Source: an uncultured Gammaproteobacteria bacterium (GTDB lineage Bacteria > Myxococcota_A > UBA9160 > SMWR01). From it: 64,000 bases of DNA. The stretch lies in contig CAXMSF010000251.1 in the NCBI GenBank assembly GCA_964196055.1, positions 1,101 to 65,100 of the forward strand, written 5' to 3'. A program made the translations under genes and the position numbers. The notes under the pieces are model-generated. The model was not told the origin of the DNA. It was given only the letters and a program-made list of their open reading frames with translations, and did no database searches. Positions 41,500 to 50,083 of this stretch are shown piece by piece (position 1 is the first letter of the stretch; the number at the start of each line of letters is the position of its first letter).

Positions 41500-42624
41500 A
41501 TGGATCCCACCTTCTCGGTCTTTGCGCGGGCGTTCCGAATCGAAGCGCCCTTCATGAACGAATGGCTGGAGTACCACGTTGGCATCGGTTTCTCGACCTT
41601 TTACATCGTCGTAGCGGGGCGGGGAGAGGACACGGACGAGGATCACGAATTTCTTCTCCAGCGCATCGCTCCCGAGTTCATACCGCGGGTAAGGTTGTTC
41701 AAGGCGCCGGACTGCATCCGCGTGCCCGAAGTTTCCGAACAGTTGAACCTCCGCAGCATCTGGGATGAAGACGAGCGGGTCCTGTTCATCGATATCGACG
41801 AGTTCCTGGTGCTGCAACGCCACGGCACCATTCAGGAATTCTGGGAACAGATGCCCGGGCGCAACGACGGGTTCTCTTTCGAATGGGTGAACTATCCATC
41901 GGACGATTGGGGATACGATGGGCTCAAGAGCCATATGCGCAGCAAATCACCCCTGGTGGGTGTCAACCGCAAGGGTATGGCCCGGATTGGATCGCTCGAA
42001 AAAATCGGAAATCATCGCCACTCGTACATCCCAGGGGCCTTCTGCCGGAAGGTAGAGATTTCCGACGCGTTCTTGTGTCACCTGTGCAACCGTGGACTCG
42101 CCGACACGATTTGCAGGATCCTCTGCGGATCGTTCAAATCGAACGATACCGACATCGCGTTGATGAAAGAGTTGATACGAGGCGCTGCCCCCCCGGCGAA
42201 TCTTCCTCGACGTCTGATCCTGATGCACGCACAATTATTGATGGCCGCGCAGAGCAACCATCGAGTCGCGCTCGCGAAACATCTGCCTGAGCTGCGCTAC
42301 GGATGCGACGACGATGCCCTGTCCGAACTAATCGGACGAGCGCTCGGTGCTGGAACCAATAAAGACGAGATCGAGCTGACGCGATGCGCGATGAACATCA
42401 CGAAGAAATACCGGGTGAAATTCGACATCTCCCCCAGAGAGATCCATGACCTGGGCGGCTTCGTGACGATCTGCAACAGACTGCGCGTCGTCGAACGAAA
42501 TGCGATCGGGGATGGTGAAGGAGAGCACGTCTGCTACACGCTGGCCGCCGTCCCGGAAGACGGAGGCAAAGGCCTTCTGCGGCAGTGGCGGCCCTGGAGC
42601 AGGTGGCTCCGGCGACGCATGTGA
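41500..42624 (+). CDS. glycosyltransferase family 92 (DUF23)-like protein
   Basis: FARAFRIEAPFMNEWLEYHVGIGFSTFYIV...VLFIDIDEFLVL, the characteristic GT92/Glyco_tranf_2_4 N-terminal pattern. More AT-rich than the backbone. Confidence 0.6.
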   Translation: MDPTFSVFARAFRIEAPFMNEWLEYHVGIGFSTFYIVVAGRGEDTDEDHEFLLQRIAPEFIPRVRLFKAPDCIRVPEVSEQLNLRSIWDEDERVLFIDIDEFLVLQRHGTIQEFWEQMPGRNDGFSFEWVNYPSDDWGYDGLKSHMRSKSPLVGVNRKGMARIGSLEKIGNHRHSYIPGAFCRKVEISDAFLCHLCNRGLADTICRILCGSFKSNDTDIALMKELIRGAAPPANLPRRLILMHAQLLMAAQSNHRVALAKHLPELRYGCDDDALSELIGRALGAGTNKDEIELTRCAMNITKKYRVKFDISPREIHDLGGFVTICNRLRVVERNAIGDGEGEHVCYTLAAVPEDGGKGLLRQWRPWSRWLRRRM

Positions 42625-42658
42625 CGCGAGCTGTTCAGCCAACAGCGGATTGAAATTT

Positions 42659-42752
42659 CCGCCTACGGTCCAGTCTCAGCCGCTTACCCCATGGGAATTT
42701 GACACTTCGTACCTTATCGGACATCGATCGCCCGCTTCTTTGTCCTACCCGT
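42659..42752. repeat. 94-bp repeat, copy 2
   Basis: Same orientation as copy 1. Differences: C->T (GGGAAC/GGGAAT) and A->C (CGGAAA/CGGACA). Confidence 0.9.
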
Positions 42753-42769
42753 CTCCCCCTACCGATAAA

Positions 42770-43003
42770 TGGCGTGTCGCGAAACAGTACGAGGTCGAAT
42801 TCGTCGATTCCCTGGAGGAAATCCGCGAGATCGGCGGTTTCGTCGCGATGTGCAACCGGCTGCGGGGCGCTCGCAGAAACGTGGTTAGAACGGGTGACGG
42901 GGAGCGCGCCCGCTACACCGTTGCAGCGGTTCCCCGCGAGACTGTGGATCAAACCGAGCCCCCGCGCTCTCGCTGGCGGCGATGGTTTCAGCGAAGAAGC
43001 TGA
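42770..43003 (+). pseudogene. C-terminal relic (~75 aa) of a second GT92-like paralog
   Basis: KQYEVEFVDSLEEIREIGGFVAMCNRLRGARRNVVRTGDGERARYTVAAVPRE...RWRRWFQRRS aligns with the C-terminus of 41500..42624 (KKYRVKFDISPREIHDLGGFVTICNRLRVVERNAIGDGEGEHVCYTLAAVPED...RWLRRRM). Nothing corresponds to the first ~300 aa. Confidence 0.6.
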
Positions 43004-43015
43004 CGGAATCCGGCG

Positions 43016-44410
43016 TCAGCGAGTGATGCGGAAGATGTGATCCGCGAGATTCTCCACCTTCAGGTCGTGAAACCTGTCGAGCTGCTCACCGAAGCGGCGG
43101 ATCCGGATGCCCAGTTCTTCGACGCTGGTCCCCGGAAATCGGTGGTCGTGATAAGCGGAGGAGTGGCGATTGCCGGGGATCGCGGCGGCATCGCGTTTGG
43201 CGACGGTTCGTTTACGCAGTTTCTTCCGCCCGTCCCAATACTGGTAGAGGGAATCACTGCGGAACTTCCGGTCGGCGAAGCCGGCGGCATTCAGTGCGTC
43301 GATCATCCGATCGGACGCGAGCGGCCCTTCCAAGGACGCGACGTGATGCTGGAGGATCTCGCTACGAATGGCCGCGCGCTCCTGCCTGCGCGGATCGCCG
43401 CCGACGATGTCGCGTACCGCGGAGATCAACTCTTCGACGCTATATGCCTGCTCGCTCAGCGAGTCGGGAAACTCGAAATCGAACCCCTTGTGCGACACCG
43501 GCCGGAAGGCGATCGCCGGGCGATCGAGGACGGCGGCCTCCACCGCGGTCGTGCAACCGTTGTGAACGAGGGCGCCGCAGGCGATCAGCCAGGGGATCAC
43601 ACTCTTCTCGCTGACGACCCGCACGTTCGTGTGATCCCCCGCGGCCTCCTTCCAGGCTGCGTGATCTTCGGCAGGATGCGGGCGCACGACGATCGTGTGC
43701 TCGGGAAATGCGGCTGCGATGGCGGGCACCAGCGCGCGGAAGTGGCCGAACAGCGCCGCCTTGTGCTCGGCAAGGCCCCGTGCGAACTCGGGCTCCATGC
43801 CGCGAGTGTTGTCGCCGAGAATCAACTCGCCACCCGACTCGGATGCGGGCTGCAACAGATTCAGGCTCTCTGCGAATGCGTTGACGAAGCCGAAATTGCA
43901 GTTGATCAGGATGAAGTCGCCGTAGTGGCGCCGGATCTCGCCGACTTCTTCATCGAAGTAGCCGCGCACATCGGGTCGCAACAGATCGACGCGTGGATTC
44001 CCGGTGACGGCCACCGGTGTGTCGCCGATGCCGGGGAACTCGCGGAGGACCTTCGCGTCATCCTCCCCCCAGGCGAAGATCCGCGAGACGAAGGCGATCG
44101 ACTCCTCGGCCAGGCGCCTGCGGTAGTAGTGCTCGCGGGGAAATCGTACCAGCGCCTCTTCGTCCCAGGCCACGACCTGGTGCCCGAGACCACGCAGGAT
44201 GCGGAACATCCTTTTCGCGATCGACCGCAACCCCTTGGCCAGGAAGACGCCCCGCGGAAGCTTTGCCATGGCGTTGTTGAGCGGCCCACGCGAACCGAGC
44301 ACCGCAGCGTAGCCGTGCTCTGCGGCGACGCAGGCCAGGAAGAGCTTCGCGTCCAGCTCTCGAACCTGGCTTTCGACCGGAATGAAGATCGTCGTCTGCT
44401 TTGCTGCCAT
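43016..44410 (-). CDS. 'surface carbohydrate biosynthesis protein'-type paralog 3
   Basis: MAAKQTTIFIPVESQVRELDAKLFLACVAAEHGY..., VTGNPRVDLLRPD, RPHPAE, HNGCTTAVEA, RFPGTSVEELGIRIRRFG. Confidence 0.7.
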   Translation of the reverse strand: MAAKQTTIFIPVESQVRELDAKLFLACVAAEHGYAAVLGSRGPLNNAMAKLPRGVFLAKGLRSIAKRMFRILRGLGHQVVAWDEEALVRFPREHYYRRRLAEESIAFVSRIFAWGEDDAKVLREFPGIGDTPVAVTGNPRVDLLRPDVRGYFDEEVGEIRRHYGDFILINCNFGFVNAFAESLNLLQPASESGGELILGDNTRGMEPEFARGLAEHKAALFGHFRALVPAIAAAFPEHTIVVRPHPAEDHAAWKEAAGDHTNVRVVSEKSVIPWLIACGALVHNGCTTAVEAAVLDRPAIAFRPVSHKGFDFEFPDSLSEQAYSVEELISAVRDIVGGDPRRQERAAIRSEILQHHVASLEGPLASDRMIDALNAAGFADRKFRSDSLYQYWDGRKKLRKRTVAKRDAAAIPGNRHSSAYHDHRFPGTSVEELGIRIRRFGEQLDRFHDLKVENLADHIFRITR

Positions 44411-44631
44411 CGACTGCGAACCATCTCACCCAGAAGAGCACGAGCGAGAAACGAGGATTGACATTCGAGTATATGCGGCTCGCCGGGAGTGTTCTAGTGG
44501 CCGCCGTATCGGATCTTCCGCAGCTGCGAAGAGCTGCGAGTGGCAGCCGAATCTCGCGAATGCCAAGCTTGGAGCCAGCGCCAGCCGCCCGACAGATCCC
44601 GGCCGCGGCAGCCTTACGACATGGAAACCGG

Positions 44632-45495
44632 ATGGCCACGACATCGAACCAGAACGTACTGATCGCTTCGATGCGGCGGTCCGGCGGGACGCTGCTGGTG
44701 CGGCTGCTCGAAGGGCATCCGGAGTGCAGTGTCTTCCCTTTCGAGCACTGCCATACCTCGAAGAAGGCGGTGTATCGCTGGCAGGACGACCGACTTTTCC
44801 GCTTCATGTCCCCGGGCAAGAAGATCCGAGTATGCGATTTCGGAAAGAACTTCCAGCGCAAGCTCACCCGCTACCACGGCGACGTCGACTCGACTGCGTT
44901 TCGACGCGACCTGATCGAGCTGGCTTCGCGAACGCACAGCGTTCGGGCGCTCTACCGGCCCGCAGCTTCGCTCTACTTCCAACACTTCCACGCTGCTTCG
45001 CTCCGACCCTCGCTCGTCAATCACTGCGCACGCCTGTGCATCCTGGCTCCCTGGCAGATCCGGCGCATCTTCGGTGATCACCGCTTGGTCGTCTCGGTTC
45101 GCGACCCGCGCGCCGTCTTCTCATCGCTCGAGCACAAGCGAAACCAGAGCTATGACGAAACGATCATCCCCGCGTTCTGCAACGAGTGGAAGCAATCAGT
45201 GGAGCGGTATCACCTGGGCGACGCACGAGCGATCTCGTTTCTCTTCGAGGATCTGCTGTCCGACCCGGAGCGGGTGATGCGCTCGCTGGCGGCCGAGCTC
45301 GACATCTCGTTCGACGAGGCCCTGCTCGATCCCACCAGACTGGGGGAACCAGCGAAGGCCAATACCAGCTTTTTACGCAGCACGGGGATCGACCCGTCGG
45401 CGGTCGACTCCTGGAAAGCCAGGCTGGACGAACGACCTCGGCGAGAAATCGAAGAGCGCCTCGGGCCGCTCATGCGACGCCTCGGTTACCTCTAG
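44632..45495 (+). CDS. sulfotransferase-family protein
   Basis: Start taken at ATG 44632 (MATTSNQNVLIASMRRSGGTLL; an upstream start at 44473 is possible). 5'-PSB-like MRRSGGT and 3'-PB-like VSVRDPRAVFSS. Confidence 0.6.
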   Translation: MATTSNQNVLIASMRRSGGTLLVRLLEGHPECSVFPFEHCHTSKKAVYRWQDDRLFRFMSPGKKIRVCDFGKNFQRKLTRYHGDVDSTAFRRDLIELASRTHSVRALYRPAASLYFQHFHAASLRPSLVNHCARLCILAPWQIRRIFGDHRLVVSVRDPRAVFSSLEHKRNQSYDETIIPAFCNEWKQSVERYHLGDARAISFLFEDLLSDPERVMRSLAAELDISFDEALLDPTRLGEPAKANTSFLRSTGIDPSAVDSWKARLDERPRREIEERLGPLMRRLGYL

Positions 45496-45564
45496 GCCGA
45501 TCGGCTGGCGGAATCCGCTGCGAGCGAAGCGTTCAGGTTTCCGCCGGGTTCCGAAGTCCCGCCA

Positions 45565-46389
45565 TCACGGGCTGGTTCCCGCTGAGGGGTCGGAGCTGCG
45601 GTGAACGGCGCCCGCCCGAATGTGCGGAAAGTCGGGCACCTCGGCGAATCCGAGGAACTTCGAGAGGGCGCGGTTGATCTCCGGGGCATCGAGATGCGTT
45701 CGCAGCAGTCGCCCGCTGCCCGCGAAGGTTCGGTTCACAGCATCCAGGTGCTCGCTGTAATTGCGAATCAGCGCGTCGCGATCCGACGGTTTCACCACAC
45801 TGCCCAGCGGCAGTCCGTACTGAATGGCCTCGAGGGCCCCGAGTACGCGATCACCTTCCGAGAGATTCCAATGGCGCGACAGCGAATCCCACCACTTTGC
45901 GGGCTCTCGCTCGACCACGATGAAGCGGCCGGCGGGGAAGGTCTCCGCCAGGCACTCATGCAGGCCGGGAAACGGCACATCGCCGAAGAAGTCGAAGCGG
46001 GCGAGGACGGGTGCCAGCGCCGCGACGCAACGCTGCGGATCACCCACGTAGGGTTGGAGGAGTTCCGCGTAGTGGACGCCGCAGTTCACGAAGACGGGCC
46101 AATGCAGGCCCCGCATGCCGAGTCTCTCGAGATACTCATGAACGCTGCGCGTACCGGTCTTCTGGTAACTGATGATGAAGACCAGCGGTCGATCCGAAAT
46201 GGAATCGAGTAACGCGCGCGCCGGTCCGAGTTGTGGACCTCCCAGCACCTTCTCGAGCTGCAGCGATGCGAGCCGCGGCCCCAGCCCCCTGCGCCTGATC
46301 CAGCGATTGAGCAGCTTTCGCTGTTCCCAACTGAGCCCGTCGGGCATGCCGGTTCTCAATAGGGCGAGCATGCCGTTGAACCAGGCCAT
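45565..46389 (-). CDS. sulfotransferase-family protein (Sulfotransfer_4-like)
   Basis: Start at ATG 46389, preceded by GGAG. P-loop-like ISYQKTGTRSVHEYL. Confidence 0.5.
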   Translation of the reverse strand: MAWFNGMLALLRTGMPDGLSWEQRKLLNRWIRRRGLGPRLASLQLEKVLGGPQLGPARALLDSISDRPLVFIISYQKTGTRSVHEYLERLGMRGLHWPVFVNCGVHYAELLQPYVGDPQRCVAALAPVLARFDFFGDVPFPGLHECLAETFPAGRFIVVEREPAKWWDSLSRHWNLSEGDRVLGALEAIQYGLPLGSVVKPSDRDALIRNYSEHLDAVNRTFAGSGRLLRTHLDAPEINRALSKFLGFAEVPDFPHIRAGAVHRSSDPSAGTSP

Positions 46390-46439
46390 CGAAAAATCTC
46401 CAGGATCGACATCGAACGGACCCATCACGGGGGCACGTG

Positions 46440-47480
46440 TCAAACAGCCGGGTGTGCCCCGGGCTTGGTCGGCTCCGCGGCCTCGATGTGAGCGAGGACC
46501 CGATCGACATAAGGATCCCATGCAACCCGGCCGAGGGCAAAGGCGCGGCCGAGCTCCAGTGGCGACGCCGCGATCCAGGTCCGGTAATAGGAGCGGGCCT
46601 CGTCATCGCTCATGTGCGCCGTCGCGAGTTTCCACGCCTGCTTCGGAAAGCGGACCTTCTTGCCGCTGGGCCAGTGATCCGGGTATTCAGCCATGCGGCG
46701 GTATTTCTGCAACCACTGTTCCGCACCGGAAATGTTGAAGTGATAGTGAAAGCCGGCGCGCTCGATGCGAACGACGTCCAGGCGGTCGGCGTCCGGCCCC
46801 GAGACCCTCGACCACTTGTGAGTGGTGCGAAGACGGAGATCGGCGGACGTGCGCGCAATCGTCTTGCCCTGGTCGTGACCGAACCAACAGCGCCGCAGCT
46901 GCCGCTCGCCGCCGGGCGCGTCGGGCATCCGTCGCCTGATCGCCGGCGGCCGCGCCCGCGGTTGGACGAAATGATTCTTCCAGAAGGGCTGCCCGGGCCC
47001 GAGCCGCTGGGGAACGACCTCGACCGTCTCCATCGACACGACTTCCGTGGCCTCGGCGATCCGACTCAGCATTCGAGGCAGATTGCCGCGGTCTGCGGGA
47101 TTCGAGTCGAAGCCATGCCGGAACCCAGCACTGCGCCAGTCGCCGTCGACGGGAAGCGACTCGCCGGACGCGAACTCGTCCGCGTCCACGGCCAGCAACC
47201 AGTCGAAACCCTCGTCGCGCGCGATCTCTAGAACCGAAGTGATGCTGTTCGCCAGGTAGTGGGGCAGATATTCCTCGTCGTCCGAGCGGTCACGTTCGAT
47301 GGTCCGCACCCACGGAAAGGACTTCGCGATCTCCGCGCTTCCATCGGTGCAGCGATCGAGCACCACGTAAGCGCGCGTGACGCCGAGCGAGTGGTGATAC
47401 CTGAGGTTGTCGGCCAGGAACTCCGCTTCGTTTCGAACGCAGCTGACCTGAGCGACGGAAGGCGAGGATCCTCCGGTCAC
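46440..47480 (-). CDS. glycosyltransferase family 2-like (Glyco_tranf_2_4/GT92-related)
   Basis: SCVRNEAEFLADNLRYHHSLGVTRAYVVLDRCTDGS...WLLAVDADEF. GTG start overlapping the stop of the upstream gene (GTGA). Confidence 0.6.
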   Translation of the reverse strand: MTGGSSPSVAQVSCVRNEAEFLADNLRYHHSLGVTRAYVVLDRCTDGSAEIAKSFPWVRTIERDRSDDEEYLPHYLANSITSVLEIARDEGFDWLLAVDADEFASGESLPVDGDWRSAGFRHGFDSNPADRGNLPRMLSRIAEATEVVSMETVEVVPQRLGPGQPFWKNHFVQPRARPPAIRRRMPDAPGGERQLRRCWFGHDQGKTIARTSADLRLRTTHKWSRVSGPDADRLDVVRIERAGFHYHFNISGAEQWLQKYRRMAEYPDHWPSGKKVRFPKQAWKLATAHMSDDEARSYYRTWIAASPLELGRAFALGRVAWDPYVDRVLAHIEAAEPTKPGAHPAV

Positions 47481-48424
47481 GATCGGGCCGCCGCCAACGC
47501 GCGCTCGAGAGGCCGGAGGAAGCGCTGGATCGTGCGGTCTTCGACCGGATTTCGCTCGATCATCTCGGAGAACCGCACTCGGCGTTCGGCGGCGAGATCA
47601 CCCGGCACACCATCGCTCTCGGTCGCCGGCCTGGCCGCGCTTCCCTTCGTGACCTTGCGCTGGAAGTCCTCTTTCGATCGCGTGAAGTAGTGGTTCAACC
47701 GGAAGACTTCGTCTGCGATCAGGTTGCGATCCTTGTAGCTCTTGTAGTCGACGCGTTCCTTTCGCTCATTGCATGCCGACCGCGCACCGGTCTTCATGTC
47801 GAACATGTGAACACCAACCACACGCGACACGCAGGTGGGATCGACGATGCACTTCACCTTGAGCAACTCGTCCTCATCCAGGGGCGGCGGGAACGGAGCG
47901 CGCATCACGTAGTTTCCGATCACCGTCCCGCCGGGTCGCGTCGCGTGACCTGAAAAACCGAACATCCGCCAGGGAATGGCGATGGCGGGAATGTCTTCGT
48001 AGCGTCGCAGTGCGTCCGTCAACGTCTCCGCCACCGCCGGGTAGAGGAATTCGTCCGCGTCGAGAAACGTCATCCAACGCCACTGTGGTCCGTACGTGCA
48101 CAGAGCGTGCGCATAGGCGTAGACCTGGGGACCGGTGTCCAGGTCGAAGCGGGGCCAATGAGTGAGGGTGACGAACCCTGCGCGCGCATAGCGCCCCAAT
48201 ATTTCGAGCGTATCGTCCCGACTGCCGTTATCGTAAACGTAGATATGCCCGCAGCCCATCAGCCGGTGGAACTCCAACCACTCTTCGATGTAGGCCCCCT
48301 CGTCCTTGACGATGACCACCGCGGCGAGTTCACCGAAACCGTCGCGCGAGCGTTCCACCGGAGGGATGGCCAACTTCTTCCGCGAGCCCAGCTTCCGGGA
48401 CTGCTTGCGGGATCTGAAGAACAT
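47477..48424 (-). CDS. glycosyltransferase family 92 (DUF23)-like protein
   Basis: Start ATG 48424 (GAAGGA upstream). VVIVKDEGAYIEEWLEFHRLMGCGHIYVYDNGSRDDT...MTFLDADEFLYP. Confidence 0.65.
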   Translation of the reverse strand: MFFRSRKQSRKLGSRKKLAIPPVERSRDGFGELAAVVIVKDEGAYIEEWLEFHRLMGCGHIYVYDNGSRDDTLEILGRYARAGFVTLTHWPRFDLDTGPQVYAYAHALCTYGPQWRWMTFLDADEFLYPAVAETLTDALRRYEDIPAIAIPWRMFGFSGHATRPGGTVIGNYVMRAPFPPPLDEDELLKVKCIVDPTCVSRVVGVHMFDMKTGARSACNERKERVDYKSYKDRNLIADEVFRLNHYFTRSKEDFQRKVTKGSAARPATESDGVPGDLAAERRVRFSEMIERNPVEDRTIQRFLRPLERALAAARS

Positions 48425-48738
48425 TCGAATTCCTTCCGGCCCGGACGCTCGCCGGCGAACGTTGCGAAGGCGCTGGAGGTTAGAGGAGCCCCGGCTGCGG
48501 AGGCAAGAATCGCGCTGATGCGCGCGAAAGATAGCCGCTGTCGCTCGCTCACGTGCGCGCTCGCGCGGCGTTCGGCAGACGCCTGCGACGCCGATTTGTA
48601 GTAGGATCCGCACCTCGCTCGGACCCGCGGGGTCCCGAGCGTTCTCCGACGCCCCTCTCGATGATTGCAGAGAGTGTGCGATCTCCTATTTCCCCCGGCT
48701 GGCGACGATGTTGCACGCTGCCCGGCTGCGGAGGATCG

Positions 48739-50073
48739 ATGCGCATTTGGATTGACGCCACCCAACCCGAGAGCCGGGTCGAAATCTTCTCAATGACGTT
48801 GTTGGAGCGCCAGTTACGGGCGATCGCCGACAGTTCGCGGAAGATTCGATCGCTCAAGGTCGCAGTCCAGAAAGCCGGCATCGACGCCGCGCGGCGATCG
48901 ATCGTCGGTCTCTCCAAGAAGTGCCTCCGTCCCAGCGAGATCTGGGTCGAGCTGTCACCCGGTGAACCGGATCCCAACTGGATTCCGGAAGAGTTCACTT
49001 CGAAACTCCCAATCCGTTGGATGCGGGAGCCGGGCTCGACGCGAGAGCGTCTACAACGAGCCTTGAAGAACGCGGCGGGTGAGACGGTGCTGGCGTTCTC
49101 GGGCGACTCCGTGATCGACCAGCGCTTGATCGAGCACATGGCCTGGTGGTCGGGGGGTAGTGCCGCATTCATCAGCGAGGAAGGCGACGAGAGCGCGACG
49201 ATCATGCGGCTGGAGCAGCCTCTTCCGGAGTCGTCCGCCGACGAGAATTCATTGCTCGAAGTCGCCCGCAATGCGGTCAAGGCGGGGGCGATCAAGCAAC
49301 TCGACCCGGGCGACATGGACACCTACATCAAGAAGCTTCGGCGCGATCTGGCGATGTACGCCTTCCGCGTCGCAGACGAAGCCGGCCGTTCCCGGATCGA
49401 ACGTTTCCTCTTCGACTCGAATTACAAGGGATCGACGGATTTCATGACCAAGTGGGTATACCCACCCTTGGTCTGGCGCATGCTGCTGCCGCTCACCCGG
49501 CGGCGTGTTCACCCGAACCTGGTGACGTTCATCGGCATGACAGCCTGCTTCGCGGCGGTTCCGTTCTTCGCCGCCGGCATGTGGCTACCCGGGCTCGTGC
49601 TCGCCTATGTCATGAGCATCCTCGACTCCGTCGACGGAAAGCTCGCGCGAGTCACCTTTCAGTCCAGCGAACAGGGCGACGTTCTCGACCACGGTGTCGA
49701 CACCATCCACCCCCCCTTCTGGTACTGGGCATGGGGCTGGGCGCTGTCCGGCGGCGACATCTCCTCGGGGGTCTTCCTCGCATCCCTGTGGATGTCGCTC
49801 TTCTACATCTTCGACCGGATCATGGAAACGCTGTTCACCGCGAGCACGGGCAAGTCGATCCACGGCTACACCGAGTTCGACGCTCGCATGCGGACCTTCA
49901 TCTCCCGGCGCAACGTGAACCTCGCACTGTTCACGGTCGCGCTTCCGCTCGGCCTCGCGATTCCGTCCTTCTACGTGATCGTCGGCTGGCAGGCCGCCAG
50001 TGCGATCTTCCACCTGAGCCGCGTGATCCATTTCTGGAACGTGAGTGACAGCGACGTGATGGATTCCGCGTAG
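48739..50073 (+). CDS. fusion of a nucleotidyltransferase-like N-domain (degenerate signature) with a CDP-alcohol phosphatidyltransferase membrane domain
   Basis: GGAGGA then ATG 48739. The C-terminal half carries DSVDGKLARVTFQSSEQGDVLDHGVD, i.e. D(x)2DG(x)2AR...G(x)3D(x)3D. The N-terminal half has the overall layout of IPCT/DIPPS-type NTP transferases but no GxGxR loop. Confidence 0.7.
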   Translation: MRIWIDATQPESRVEIFSMTLLERQLRAIADSSRKIRSLKVAVQKAGIDAARRSIVGLSKKCLRPSEIWVELSPGEPDPNWIPEEFTSKLPIRWMREPGSTRERLQRALKNAAGETVLAFSGDSVIDQRLIEHMAWWSGGSAAFISEEGDESATIMRLEQPLPESSADENSLLEVARNAVKAGAIKQLDPGDMDTYIKKLRRDLAMYAFRVADEAGRSRIERFLFDSNYKGSTDFMTKWVYPPLVWRMLLPLTRRRVHPNLVTFIGMTACFAAVPFFAAGMWLPGLVLAYVMSILDSVDGKLARVTFQSSEQGDVLDHGVDTIHPPFWYWAWGWALSGGDISSGVFLASLWMSLFYIFDRIMETLFTASTGKSIHGYTEFDARMRTFISRRNVNLALFTVALPLGLAIPSFYVIVGWQAASAIFHLSRVIHFWNVSDSDVMDSA

Positions 50074-50083
50074 CGCAGCGTTC

